This document shows positions 1 through 11,529 of a stretch of 33,000 nucleotides of DNA, piece after piece. This DNA comes from Dicyema japonicum (lineage: Eukaryota; Animalia; Dicyemida): NCBI GenBank assembly GCA_011109175.1, contig RDEW01000047.1, positions 113,324 through 146,323 on the forward strand. The letters run 5' to 3'. Numbering within the stretch: position 1 is the stretch's first letter; each line of letters begins with the position of its first letter. Both the position numbers and the translations under genes were made by a program. Under the pieces are notes generated by a model that worked only from the letters and a program-made list of their open reading frames with translations, did not search any database and was not told the origin of the DNA.

Positions 1-1020
1 AAAGATATACAACATATCCATAGAAACACAATTCCAATAATGTGAAAGTTGGCCCACATCCGCTCAATACAGAAACCTGGAAAACCAAGAGTCCCCTTTT
101 TTATCGACCAATATCCTTATTAGCCTATTGTCAAAAAATCTTTAAAAAATGGTCTTGGACCATATCTTATCATATTTACCTATAGAATCCTATATAAGAC
201 CTATCTACAAATCAGCACTTGCAAACCCACACCAACTTTATTGTGGCGGAACTTGAGTCAATGTCTAGGCACTTCAAAACTGCAGGGCTTTTGACTCGGT
301 CCCCAAGAAAATCTTAACGAGGAAGATCTACCGCTTAGAAATCCCAAGAATTTTCAAGAGATAGCTCTGGAACGTTTTCTCTGATAGAAGAGGAAAATTC
401 GTAATAAAGCCTGCCAATTCGTCTTAAAAATGTTTCCAAACGGCGTGCCTCAGGGTTCCCCCTTATTACCATCCCTTTTAACTTATTCTTGCAAGATATT
501 CCAATTGATTCGGTGCCAATGACATAATAGATGCTTGCAAGGATGTGTTACGACAGCTACGAAGAAATTGCAAACTACTCTGGACAGACATCATGAATGG
601 TTGAAAAATTCAATTTCAAAGTCCAGGAAAATCTTCGACCTTTTTTTATGTCGAATAGAAGGCAGTCAAGTTATTCGTGTCTTCGTGAAGGTGGTCATCT
701 CAAAATTTAAAGGATCCTCAAAGCGGTAACTATCCACGTTGTACATCCAATTCATCGAATCAACTATGGATGTGCAGGATGGGGAACAAAACTTGCCAGA
801 ACAAACATGGTATAGATCAACTCCGCTCAATCCAGTATAACCAAAACGATCTCTCGAATCACAGGACTACCAATAAGGTCCTTGTGAGAAAATATGTTGG
901 CATATCCACCAAAAATAGAAAACCGCCAGAAGAACGGCGCTATCGAAAATGTGTCGGTTTCCGAGAGCAACACCGGGAAAAGATGAGAATATTGCTGAGA
1001 GAAGCCGGGATCACCTGATG
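1..1020 (+). mobile_element. Decayed APE-type non-LTR retrotransposon (LINE) RT region running to the ORF2 end; starts before the window
   Basis: Frameshifted translations give KPGKP..YRPISLL (~75-125) and NGVPQGSP.LPSLFNLFLQDIP (~440-505). The ORF ends LLREAGIT* at 1018, and the same terminus (GCCGGGATCACCTGA) recurs at ~5266-5280. Confidence 0.8.
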
Positions 1021-1124
1021 GCGTTTTCCTTTTAATTAGTGTTTACCTGGTGATTTTTGGTTTATTAATAATCAAAAAGTCTTAAATTCTAATTTTAAAT
1101 TAAAATTAGTTTCTATAGAAACTA

Positions 1125-1447
1125 ATGACTACATCAAATAGGAGAAATAATATTCCCAGCGATCTACTGATGGAAGTAGTGATTATTGTTACCATTTAGT
1201 TCTTAAATTATATATTTACGAAAGACTGGGAAAATGCTAAAACTCTGTGCAAAAAACGTATTTTATTTTTGAACTGTGGTAGTTTTGGACGAATATCCCG
1301 ACAGCTCTGATTTACTGAATTCCTACCTTCCACTGATTGAGGAAATGATTTCTCTTGGTAAAAGTAAATTTTATTAAAGCTGCCGACGAAAGTGAATCAG
1401 AGTCCATTGACTACTCATCTGAAGAATCGGATGAAAGTTCTACATGA
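1125..1447 (+). CDS. ERICH2: ERICH2-like small protein (83 aa, 4 exons)
   Basis: Removing GT-AG introns 1176-1199 (24 nt), 1258-1282 (25 nt) and 1358-1379 (22 nt) leaves an intact 252-nt ORF: MTTSNRRNNIPSDLLMEFLNYIFTKDWENAKTLCKKLLDEYPDSSDLLNSYLPLIEEMISLAADESESESIDYSSEESDESST*. It resembles the ERICH2 core as recalled (P.ELM.EFL...A.KLC..IL.YEP....LIEE plus an acidic tail). The gene model is more secure than the name. Confidence 0.65.
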
Positions 1448-2175
1448 TTTGTTTATCAAAAATATTTTAATTTGTCATGAAAATTTTAATTAAGGACAAT
1501 TCAAGCTTTCTGAAAACATAAAACTGAAGGACACAGTCATTTCTGACTATTATCCCCTAAAAATTTATTGACCTGACTATGAAGATGAAATTATAAACAA
1601 GAGTTCGCCTAGGAAATGTGATTAGCTGCTCGTATTTATTTAATAACCCCGAATATAGTGTAAAGAGGTTGAGTTAACAAACATCTAACTGGGGTATATC
1701 CAGTTCCCATGGATGGAGTAAGACTCCTTTCTAAACAAGTCTGCAGTCGAGGAGCCTATCCTGCAGCTATCCTCTTTTGATCCCGACCAGGGACTGGGAG
1801 TCTCCTGAGAGACGGAGATCACAGACGCCTCTTAGGATTCAGGCAAAGCGCAAAGCACTGAGAAATCGTTTATCAGTTAAATAGCGATGTGGGAATCAAA
1901 CTCACAACTAATCAGGACCAACCAATATGATACCTGCTCACATTCAGCCATCAAAATCCACATTTTTCTAAAAAACAAAAATATGTCAGCTATCATCAAA
2001 TAAAAGCTACCTAAACTTTTCACTATATGAGGGCATCGCAGTCACTACAAGAATTTTAAGGCTCTTGGCTATGTATGTGTAGTCACCAAGAAAGACCCTG
2101 GTTTTGTCCTTATATCGTTAATCAGTGAAGCAATAACATTAATTTACAAAGTCAGAATCGAACAAAGAACTAACG

Positions 2176-3682
2176 TCAAATTTTACTCACAACATTAACT
2201 CCCATTTCTTCATAATTTTGCCTAGAAATCCACATACTATGAAACGATCCCTAAAATAATAAACAGAGATCCAACCAATGAGGCCAGCACAGATCCCCCA
2301 ACCCAGGGACTGCATTGCACAAATCTCTTCTCGGGAGTATTCATGGGCGTATTCACCTTAATTTTTGTCATCTACAATAAACCCACGTGATATAACAGAA
2401 GATGTTCTTGCCGTCAATTCTCTATACAGTCTGTCTGAGAATCCAGGATAAACACAGTTTCCCCCAGAAATGAGAGTGTTAGCAAAAAGTGCCTAGAATA
2501 AATCCCACAACCAACAGGTCTAATGTCCACATCACTGAACCCAGCACTTGCCATCACCATCCCAACAATCCCAGTCTTTATATTAAGCACACCAAACCTC
2601 AATGAGGATTTCTGCCAATCTGTACCTATCCACCCCAAAAGAACGAATGAGTCCGTTCTGAAACTCATAACTGACTGTTTGCAGTCTTTCTGGGTTGCTG
2701 GGATAACCAAAACACGAACCACTCATAAATAGGATGTTCACAAAACCGTATTACCGAGGAAGCAAAGTCCCTCACAACATTCTACGTAAATTCACGGACA
2801 ACCATGGACATGAATTCTTTGTAGGAATCCGTCAAGTTGGGAACATTGCGTTTTGTAAAACATGGAATTTTCCCTTCGGGGACAGTCGTCTGGAGTAAAC
2901 AAGGCAAAAACCTTAGATTGAATAAGATAACAGTCGTTCAGATCAATCGACATGGAATTCAGAAGCTGTTGGGCTTTCTCAAGCATGGACCTCCCTGCAA
3001 ACGACATTCTGCGGACAGCTGGACATCAGAGAAATTCATACCGTTATTTAGGACATAGCCATCAAATACGGGGTAACTGCTGTGTAGGAATGACCACTTT
3101 CGATCACCAGGGCTGTGGACTTTCCATTGGCAAAACTACAATAACCATCAACCAAACGCTGTGAGAACGGAAGAAGGCCGCGAATAGTAGGCAGGCACAT
3201 GGAAAGTCTCGAACATTATTTGAAGGAGTTTTTCACGTTGAGCTTTGCATGTGTTCTGAAAGTTAGTAGAGAAACTACAGGTTGTTCAGACATGAAGACA
3301 GGATGTTCTGAGGATTCCGTTGAAAGTCCGTAAGAGTAAATATGGGAAACAAAGGTTTCAAAAAAATCCCAGTTTTCGACTATAAATCCATAATTTAATC
3401 ATACTTAGTCCATCACTGTTATGAAACTGTAAAATTTCTCGATTTGAAACGGGAGAAGTAAGAAAATTATTCCCACTATAACATTTTGCAACGGATTCGG
3501 GTCCGTCTGAAGTGAGGAGACTTCGATAGTCAAGCTGCAATTAAAACTGGGAAATACACAAGGCCACTCGTCACCAGCATACCCTATTTTAGTGCTATAG
3601 CTCCCAACGTCTAAAACGATGGCACCAATCTCATCTAATATTTGATGAATTTTGACCAACCTCCACCACAATATTGTCCCAT
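2176..3682 (-). CDS. ACTL6A: Actin-related protein 4 / BAF53 (ACTL6), 14 exons, ~400 aa
   Basis: Starts MGQYCGG|DEIGAIVLDVGSYSTKIGYAGDEWPC|; includes EHPVFMSEQP, EKLLQIMFETFHVPAYY, FANGKSTALVIESG, DVDIRP|ALFANTLISGGN, SPWVGGSVLASL|GSFHSMWISRQNYEEMG. There are 13 GT-AG introns of 26,23,25,23,22,23,22,21,25,22,23,25,25 nt. One base is missing in the G-run at 3070-3073 (the TPVFDGY frame needs one more C). Confidence 0.95.
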
Positions 3683-3784
3683 TTAAAATAATTTAAAATT
3701 ATAAAAATTATGAAATTTAAATTAATTTTTTAAAATAAATTCAGCTTATATACAAAGTGTAAATTCTAATTATTTGTCTCACCG

Positions 3785-3880
3785 GTTTTGACTGATCTAT
3801 AGGAGCGACCGGAATTTGCTGCGTCCTACTTAATACCCGCTGGTCACTTATATGTTAGTGAGTCCGGAGTTATTCAACTG
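3785..3880 (+). mobile_element. Short LINE ORF2 C-terminal fragment
   Basis: Reads LTDL*ERPEFAASYLIPAG. Clear nucleotide similarity to 32412-32500 (ttgacNgatctatNggagNgacc...atttgctgc..tacttaata...gttagt..ccggagtta.tcaact). Confidence 0.6.
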
Positions 3881-4199
3881 AGTCATGCCGATTTAATCGA
3901 CGCGGCTTCGTCTTTCCACCTTCGAATTCTGCGCCACATTTGATGAATCTGACGAATCTTTGGGAACTTCTGCTTTTCGCAGTTACTTTCCCGTTAGCCA
4001 TTTTTTCGTTCACTTGAAGGGACTGTGGGTAAATAAATAAGAAATATGTAGTCTCAATCACAATCATATCAAACACCTTCACACATTCAAAGTGCGAACT
4101 TAGCAATGAGATAAAGGAACATCAGTTATTCCAGAATTTACTTAAATGTGTGTATCCAAGTTCTGTTTACAAAAGACAAAAATCAGAAATCATTTCATT

Positions 4200-5330
4200 A
4201 TGAATATGAGTGAATACGACTTAATGTCTTTGAAGCCTATTCCCCTTACTGTGGACATGGTTTTGACGTGAAAAAGAAGATACGATCAGGTGTGAACACT
4301 ATAGTGGTGTCTGGATTATGTGGACCGAGAATTTCTAAGAGAAGAATACGAGTTACTCAGAAGACTATAGATTTCTTATTAAAAAGTCAATAAAAATGGA
4401 AGACTGAAACAGGAAAGTTGTACACCAAGAACCCAACATTCTGGAAGTCTTATCAGAGGCTTGTAACTCCTGTATCTAAATCTATTAACTTGAAAAGATC
4501 TGATGGGAGTGTTATCACCGAAGCGGATGTGCCTAATGCCTTTCGGGAGCTGCTCGAGAGTATTCAAGGGATTGATCCAATGGATCTAGTGCTCGAAGAA
4601 TCTTTTTAAAGAATGAAAATTCTGGAAGAGCATTTTGGGACATGGCGCATGGAGATAATTACTAAAGATGAAGTGAAACGAACTATTGTGGTGTGCCGAG
4701 ATAAATCTCCTGGAATGGATGGGGTACTCCTTAAACTATTCAGGGAGGGTCCGGATTGGCATTTTGATGTATTCCGTTACCTATTTGGAGCAAATCTCAA
4801 TATGGGATATGTACCTCAAGCTTGGAAAGATTCCATTATTCGGATGATCCAAAAACCAGGAAAATCGATCCCTTGGGATATTAGTCTAATAAACTCAATT
4901 TCAAAAATCATGGAAAGGCTGATTTATAATAATTACACGGCATATCGAATCACGGAATTTTCTCAGCAAGGAACAATGGGGCTTTCGTCCAGGGATCATG
5001 TGGAGATTGTGTTTTATCTTGAACTCTGAGATTGAGAAGGCCAGGAACTTCAAATATCAGCTGAGTGTCGTCTGCCTGGATATATCGAAGGCCTTCGATA
5101 GTGTCTGGCATGACGCACTGTTTTGTCAGCTAGTCGCAGCTGAAATCCCAAAACTTTTACTCGATTGGTTAAGCAATCTTCTGACAGCATTAGAGCGCAC
5201 AATTATGAGGTTTAAAGAAACGTAAAAAATTAATCAATTTTTAAAATAAAATCATATTGAGAGATGCCGGGATCACCTGAATATTAGTGGTTAAAACAGT
5301 GTTTCTTTGGCTTAAATAATAATAATAATG
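4200..5330 (+). mobile_element. 5'-truncated, internally deleted APE-type LINE with (TAA)n tail; same family as 1-1020
   Basis: ORFs 4613-5029 and 4998-5225 carry the RT motifs ITKDEV..DKSPGMDG, WKDSII..IQKPGK, ISLINSISKIMERLI and LDISKAFDSVWHDAL. The sequence jumps to ILRDAGIT* at ~5280 and ends in taataataataat at ~5317-5329. Confidence 0.85.
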
Positions 5331-5789
5331 ATGATCTGGTCTAAAAAAGAAGTGTCTAAAAATACCTACGTTTTTTTAATTAAGTTAACTTTTATCGTAT
5401 ATTTAAGTATAATTTGGTTTTTCCAGGATTTACTATGAAAAAATCCTTAGGAGAATATTATGGATTGTTGTTTTCCTCTAGGTCATGCAAGAATAAAGTA
5501 CGCGTCTCTAACTGGTTCCTTTAACTCGTTTGAATAGTGAAAAATCCTTTTGGGTCTGACCAGTGCCTTGCAGAATTTAGGAAGGGAGAGCCTAGAATGA
5601 CACACTATTTCAAAACATTGGGCTCGTAATCATGAGGGATAACTCCTATTCCATGTTAATGCCTGAAGGCCATAGTGGAGCCACTGTCCTAAAAATAAAC
5701 TTTTAATGAATTAACAATTAAAATTTTTTTGATGATTCAAACAAATCAAAATTGTTTTAAGTAAAGTAGACAGACTAGTAGTGAATGAT

Positions 5790-6290
5790 TTTAGAGTTTC
5801 TTCCGTGTGGTATTTGATCATTTAAGTAAATCCTCTCGAATTGACCATCTAATGCTCCAAAATACATTTTTCTCTAACATAATTTTTGAATCCGCCACAT
5901 TTTCTGTATAATAATAACATGAAATTAGTCCTTAGATCAAGGGTAAAAAGTAATTCCGTGATCCTTATGTGTTCCAGTAGCGACCTCATCCAAGCAAACT
6001 TATCCAGAGGACATTTAGGTCGAAACCAGGACTCGTCGCCCAGGAGCAAAATTATCTCCAGGTGGAATGAAGTGATGGATCCTTTGAATGCCGTCTAGAG
6101 ATTGGATGTCGCCTGAGTAGTGTGGATCCAATGAAGCTATTAAAAAGGGAGAAATCTTGATCAATTAGCCACATTACACCAGAGCTTTGTTCATGAAAAT
6201 CAGTTTAGACCATCAATCCAACTTGCAAATAAGGTAAACGGATGATCATAAGCTTTAAATTAATATGGTTGTTGTTACGAAACATCGAAA
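5790..6290 (-). mobile_element. Tc1/mariner-superfamily transposase fragment (degraded)
   Basis: Minus-strand frames give LPYLQV..TDFHEQ..WLIDQ, then IILLLGDESWF (first catalytic Asp motif), then MVNSRGF. The motif order fits a DDD/E transposase. No terminal inverted repeats (TIRs) seen. Confidence 0.4.
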
Positions 6291-6449
6291 AAACAAACCG
6301 GAATGCTGTGACTTCGGAGCCGAAGGAAATATATAAAATGAAGATTCACCGGCCATCGAGTTGTCCAGCCTCTTTCTGGAATTGATGCTTCTGTGACTTG
6401 CCCACATGGTGACGGCCGAAAATTGTGTGCTCTACGAGCAATAGTACTT

Positions 6450-8130
6450 TCTACAAAGGCGGATGAACAAAAAAATGGGCTAGATCAGTCCGAGACTATA
6501 TCCGAGGTAGACTTGGCCGTATCCCCCGGGAAGGATGGAAAGCTATTTTGGAGACCTTCAAGTTTAAATTCGATGAAGATATAACAGTCCGAATTTAGGA
6601 TGCTTATATAAATTCAAAGAAGCTGACAAGTACCAGTGATCAATTGGCTCAGGATCACGTTGAAAGTTGTGTTATCGGTTTTTAAATTTATTTCACCGTC
6701 TCTGAACTCTAAATTATACGATCGCTGCCGACGCACATTTATGGAGCAATTGATAATTGTCAAGGAAATTGAACAAAGCTCGAGTCCCCGAACCAAAAAG
6801 ATTCCTTATGTCAAGATTGACAATAAATTACTGGAGTGTTTGAACTGTGTCACTAGCCAATGGGTTGAAAAAAACTCTATAACTTCTATGGATCAAATTT
6901 CTACTTTTATTTATGCTGGTCAAGTTACATATCAGATTATTTCAGTGAAAAAAATGAGCCATCAAAATGGAAAGAAAATATAAATAGAAAAATTGAAATC
7001 ATTTCTTTTGATAACTAAAAAGTTTTTTTTTTATAAAGACTTTGCCAACCGAGGAAAACCTATGGCTTGTCACGTATTATCGTAGTGGATATATAAAAAA
7101 AACCATGGTGAAAGAGCGAGGATTACTTCGTACATTTGAGGATAAAATTAAAATTCAAAATGGAGGAAAAACCGTCGATCATTGTGCTACGAGATGTGGC
7201 AAAATGTTGCACGGAAATTACGTCAGAAACCACAATGAAGTCGTCTTCACTTCCATTTTTGCAAAGAATACGGTCTCAAAGACGAAAAAGATTAAAAAAC
7301 CCACTCAGTGCAAAACAATTGTGATGAATGAATCGGTAGAGATAAGAGTTGATACTTTAATCAAACCGATATAAACATTGAACACAACAAACCTGATTTA
7401 TTTATCTACGACAAAAAGAAAAATCAAAATACTGTTGTTGAAGTGAATATAACATCGACCGAAAATCTCCAACAAGTAGAATTAGAAAAATTGAAAAAGT
7501 ATTATCTTTCATCAAATCGATGCACTATGCGAAAGTGAGGATTGTCCCAATAGTACTGACTTGAATGGATTGGCAACCTCACATTCGTGGGAACATTCCA
7601 GATCTCTAAACATAAGTGAAAGAACATATACGTATATTCAATCATTGGTTATACGTAAAACTTCAAACAAAAGATTAAGAAGGAAGACAGTCACCTTGAA
7701 GTTAAACAAGGTCGACATCCCTTTCAACAGATGTCAAAAAATCTTGGGTGTGACATTTGATATGCATCTCTGTCTGACACCACACGTCGCCAGATGATTT
7801 GCGACCAGTCACGTGCATGCCTATATTGTACAAATTACTCACTAAATGTGTGAATTCCAAACTTACTGAATATAAAAGTATTCGATCTCGTCTCTGATAA
7901 TCAGATGAGAGCGAAGAGGAGATGGCACCAAAAAAGCAGACCTTGATCAATCAGTGTATAAACAATGAATATGGGAATAATTTGCAATTTGGATAGACTT
8001 GGGGATCCAAACTGGATAAGAAATTTCGTGAATAGTCTAACTACCAAATGGAGAGAATTGGGACAGTTGAATTGAAACGTGGAATATTGCAAGGAGATTC
8101 TCTGTCTCCCCAAACTTTTTGTTGAGGACA
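6450..8130 (+). mobile_element. Heavily deleted R4/Dong-like non-LTR retrotransposon
   Basis: KIPYVKIDNKLLECLN...STFIYAGQVTY (ORF 6636-6983), KWKENINRKIE, MPILYKLLTKCV (~7816) and KRGILQGDSLSP (~8077-8112) are typical of R4-clade ORFs. Confidence 0.65.
7680..7797 (+). mobile_element. Nested APE-LINE RT C-terminal fragment inside the R4-like relic
   Basis: Reads LKLNKVDIPFNRCQKILGVTFDMHLCLTPHV. Confidence 0.55.
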
Positions 8131-8339
8131 GATCACCTGACGACCACTACTCTCCTATGTTTTGTCGGTGTATTCTTTGTTTCTAAATAAATAAAAATAT
8201 ACTTGGAAAAAATTAAAAAATGGTTGAATTTGGTAAATATCCGACAACGGTGTGTCATCGATATGGACGGTGACAGTTAATATGAAAATAATACTGGATA
8301 TTATAAAATGTGCCAGAAATCGATTAAAACATCCATAAT

Positions 8340-8727
8340 ATTTGCATCCACACAGCGGGTACCCGCTTACAAGATTCACTGGATAACCTGAACTGTTGGC
8401 TTACGAGGAACAACTACACCACAATCCTGAAAAGTCGTGCTCTATGATCTTTACTTCCAATAGAAGATTGACTAACTCGGTCCCTTCATTGACCCTAAAT
8501 GGAATAACAATCCCTCCACAAATTCAACCAAAATACTGGAGGTCACATAGACCCACTAATGACCTTCAGCAAACATGAGAGCAACATAATCTCCTCTTCC
8601 TAGCGAAAATTAAACTTTGTAAAAACGCTACTTGGATACTACAAGAGATGGTCGCACACAACAGTAGATCATATCTACTACCAAATATATACTTCTGTCA
8701 ATCAGTTACTGCTGCGCGGCATGGGGC
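8340..8727 (+). mobile_element. APE-LINE RT C-terminal fragment
   Basis: Reads LQDSLDNLNCWL, NPEKSCSMIFT, LTLNGITIP..PKILEVT*DPLMTFSKH, SYCCAAWG. Confidence 0.7.
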
Positions 8728-9349
8728 TTTTAAATAAATAATATCGCGACATCTTGGTTTTTAAATAAATAATATTTGAAAATCCATTATTTCTACGGTA
8801 AAGAATTTGCGGTTGATAAATTTCAAAATTATCCATGTTAAACAGATTAAAAACATTCAGGTGTCATGAGAGATGTCCCTGAGTAACAGACGGGAAAGAA
8901 AAATCAATGAAAAATTGAATATTTGATATCTTCAGCATGTTTTCTCATAATCTTTGTGTTAATTGGATTACAATGTTGGATGAGGAAATTACATTGAAAG
9001 AGCAAAAATGTGGAAGTGAGTTCATGGCTTGGTTTTGGGCAGCAAATAGTTACAAGGACTAAGTTGTCCGGTTATCCAATCTTGTGTAGTGAAGGATGTT
9101 AAGAAAGAGGTTATAGAGGAATTCCGATATTGTAAAAAATTAAGGATTTTCGAATATTGAATACACTGTAATAAAGTTGACATTCACATAATTTCTTCAG
9201 AATTAAACAATCAACACGACATTGACATTGAGGTCGTCTATTGACAAACTTTTTAAAAAAATTACCCTTGTCAAATTGTTTGAGCTTTTGTACAGTAATA
9301 CAGTAGTTACTACACAAACTCAATATTTATATTAATTACTTCAACATAT

Positions 9350-9563
9350 AATAATAATAACAGCCTTTTTCACGGAGCCGTGGTATTAGCTCCGCATAGG
9401 CAGGACACACACTTTATTTAAGTAAAGAACAGTTAATTTTAACTAATCGTAGAACCAAGGAATGATCTTCACTTCTTTTTTTCTTTTTCTTGTGTGTGGG
9501 TCCTTTCTAGACAATCCAGTTCCGCAGTGAGAGTCCACTGATGACGGCGTCACTCGTCAAGCC
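9350..9563 (-). mobile_element. 214-bp SINE-like retroposon (second copy at 15655-15868)
   Basis: Flanked by a perfect 12-bp direct repeat ACTTCAACATAT (9338-9349 and 9564-9575). On the minus strand it begins GGCTTGACG and ends with a CGGAGC-N10-GCTCCG hairpin followed by a (TTA)n tail. Confidence 0.6.
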
Positions 9564-10289
9564 ACTTCAACATATTTAAAATATAATAACAAGAATAACT
9601 TTGTGGAATTTTTATATAAATTAGTAAATTGTTACCTTAATTTGTATAGTATATATATTCACATAATTATTACATGTATTTAAATAATACATTTAACAAT
9701 AACTGTTGTGTGATCTATACTTGTTTAATATTATTATGGAAGAGAATCGACTTGTTGAGAAAAGGAATATTGACAGTGAATTCCTCTATGAGAGGAGAGA
9801 TCGTCCATCGATTTGGATGAATATAGTGATTAGATCTGAATTTATTTGAATTTTTTTCTGATTTTTAATAATTCGTGATATTATTTATGTCTGAATCGAG
9901 TTAATTCCACGATTCCCTTGCTCGATGAGGTCTGTTCTCGGGACAAATCACAGCTTTTCTAAACTTTATGATTCTGAGATATCTCTAGTTAAACTAATAA
10001 TTTTCTTGTTCTTCATTAGATTTATCCATAGTTATCCAATTTCGTCAAGATTAGCATCCAATGCGTCTTTGTAAATAGCACATTCGGTATCACATGAGTC
10101 CGAGAAGGGGAACGAAAAGTTACATCAATATTTAGGAGATCAAGACATTTATTGTGTTAGAGCTGCGATTTGGTGAACAAGAACTACATCAGTGGTTCAA
10201 CCATTCAACAAATCGGCCACTAGGCTTACTGGTAAGTCACTCCATCAATCTCCAAATTTAACCGAGGAACCAAGCATATGATTACTATG

Positions 10290-10620
10290 GGAGATCAATA
10301 TTGTTTCTATGAAGTTAGGATAAATTTTCCAATTCTCAGCGACTTGGTGTTGTCATTGGGAATTATAACACAAATCTTTTGTTACAAAGCTATTTCAAAT
10401 TAATATTAAAATAAAGAAAATATGGAAACCTCGCTTAGGAAATGTAAGCCTGTAGTGGACTACTGGAGGATGGATTTGGTTGGCACAAACAGACGTTCCT
10501 TCCTTAGATTATATAGTTGTGATTGTTTGCCCGGAGCTTATCAAAGATTATAACCTCACGTGGTTTCCTCCAATTGATGGGGCTTGGGCATCACGTGGTT
10601 TCCTCAAATTGAGAAAAAAA
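10290..10620 (+). other. Possible N-terminal part of the endogenous mononegaviral L gene (also at 17040-17370)
   Basis: LLLQSYFKLILK*RKYGNLA*EM resembles rhabdoviral LLNIY..GD.I..RQGNFSYDL. TGG-G-CAT-CAC-GTG-GTT at ~10583-10600 resembles the conserved WGHPxV motif. The order is colinear with L, but similarity is weak. Confidence 0.35.
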
Positions 10621-10629
10621 TTTGAAAAT

Positions 10630-11490
10630 AATCTGAACGACTTATACATTCTCAATAACCCAAAAAGTCACATCAGAAGCCCGAACAGAGAATCGACTCT
10701 CCTATCTCAAGAAATATCAGTCTCTCCTCATATATCCTCGCCATCATGGAAGGTCATATATGAAATTTTCTCAGACCACAATATGATTTCGATTCAATAC
10801 AAACCTCTTTGACTTCCTCGATTGCCAAGATTAGTCTATAAAAGTCTAAATGTTCCACAAATATTAATATGTTCTCAATAATGTATTGATAAAAACTGGG
10901 AAACTCCATATCCAGCTGGATTAATATCAGATTATCAGCCAAACTTCACAAATAGCATAATATGCTTGATCAAGCAGAGGAAACTACTGAAGCACAAGAA
11001 TATCGACCCTAAAATATTAAGAGTTAATTTCGTGATCACTCAGAAAATAAAAAAAAATAAAAAAAATGAAATGGAAGGAGTTCATATTTTCCACAGACCA
11101 CAGAACCGAAAATAAAAATTATATCCACACCTTATTGACAGAGGCAATTACAAAAAAAGCCGATTGCTAGTATCAGGATCTATAAAATTGTTTTATTAAT
11201 CACTAAAAAATGTTACATACTTTATTAGAATATTGAAAAAAACTAGAATCAAAATCAGATCTTAAGAAAATCAACGCCAACAATGGATCGCTTCAAAATT
11301 AGTTATGAAATAACAATAAACGCCATTTGTCAACCAAAATTAGTTATGCTACTGGGACTGAAACAAATAGCTCGATCTACCACCTAAGAATTTGGAAATA
11401 TTGATACTATATCTTCCTGGACAACATCCTCCTAAACACTATTCTTGGTTGAAGGTTCTGCTAGAACGCGCCAGGATCAAGTAATTAGTT
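10630..11490 (+). mobile_element. LINE ORF2 fragment: APE endonuclease C-terminus, linker and RT start (also at 17380-18240)
   Basis: Reads NDLYILNN...SWKVIYEIFSDHNMISI (APE SDH motif), then IICLIKQRKLL...KWKEF, then ATGTE..SIYHLR. Confidence 0.7.
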
Positions 11491-11529
11491 AGTTGGGTTT
11501 AGTCTTTGGAATAATTTAATTAAGATAGT

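Noticed and set aside
1480-2130. GC-richer stretch between ERICH2-like and ACTL6, with intron-like segments on both strands (e.g. GTAAG...AAG at 1718-1739 giving a 49-aa plus-strand ORF 1713-1884)
   Set aside because: No consistent full gene model and no recognisable product. A resemblance to the U4 snRNA 5' end at ~1850 (minus) is too short to support a call.
5400-5690. Minus-strand peptide FCKALVRP resembling a LINE RT C-terminus
   Set aside because: Only one short motif, and the neighbouring VNPGKTK motif is out of order.
8728-8775. 17-bp direct repeat TTTTAAATAAATAATAT around a 14-bp spacer
   Set aside because: Low complexity; at most a tiny duplication or insertion footprint.
8900-9290. 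KLSGYPIL (9061-9084), similar to the chuvirus/mononegavirus KLSGHP motif; also two 27-nt intron-like segments
   Set aside because: A single motif without colinear support, and no coherent spliced ORF. Worth including in an HMM scan but not callable.
9538-9563. CTGATGA followed by a stem, like a hammerhead ribozyme core
   Set aside because: No downstream GAAA or cleavage triplet in the required arrangement.
10330-10375. NFPILSDLVLSL resembling a hAT dimerisation domain
   Set aside because: The flanking WW and SER motifs are absent, and the context fits the viral L N-terminus at least as well.
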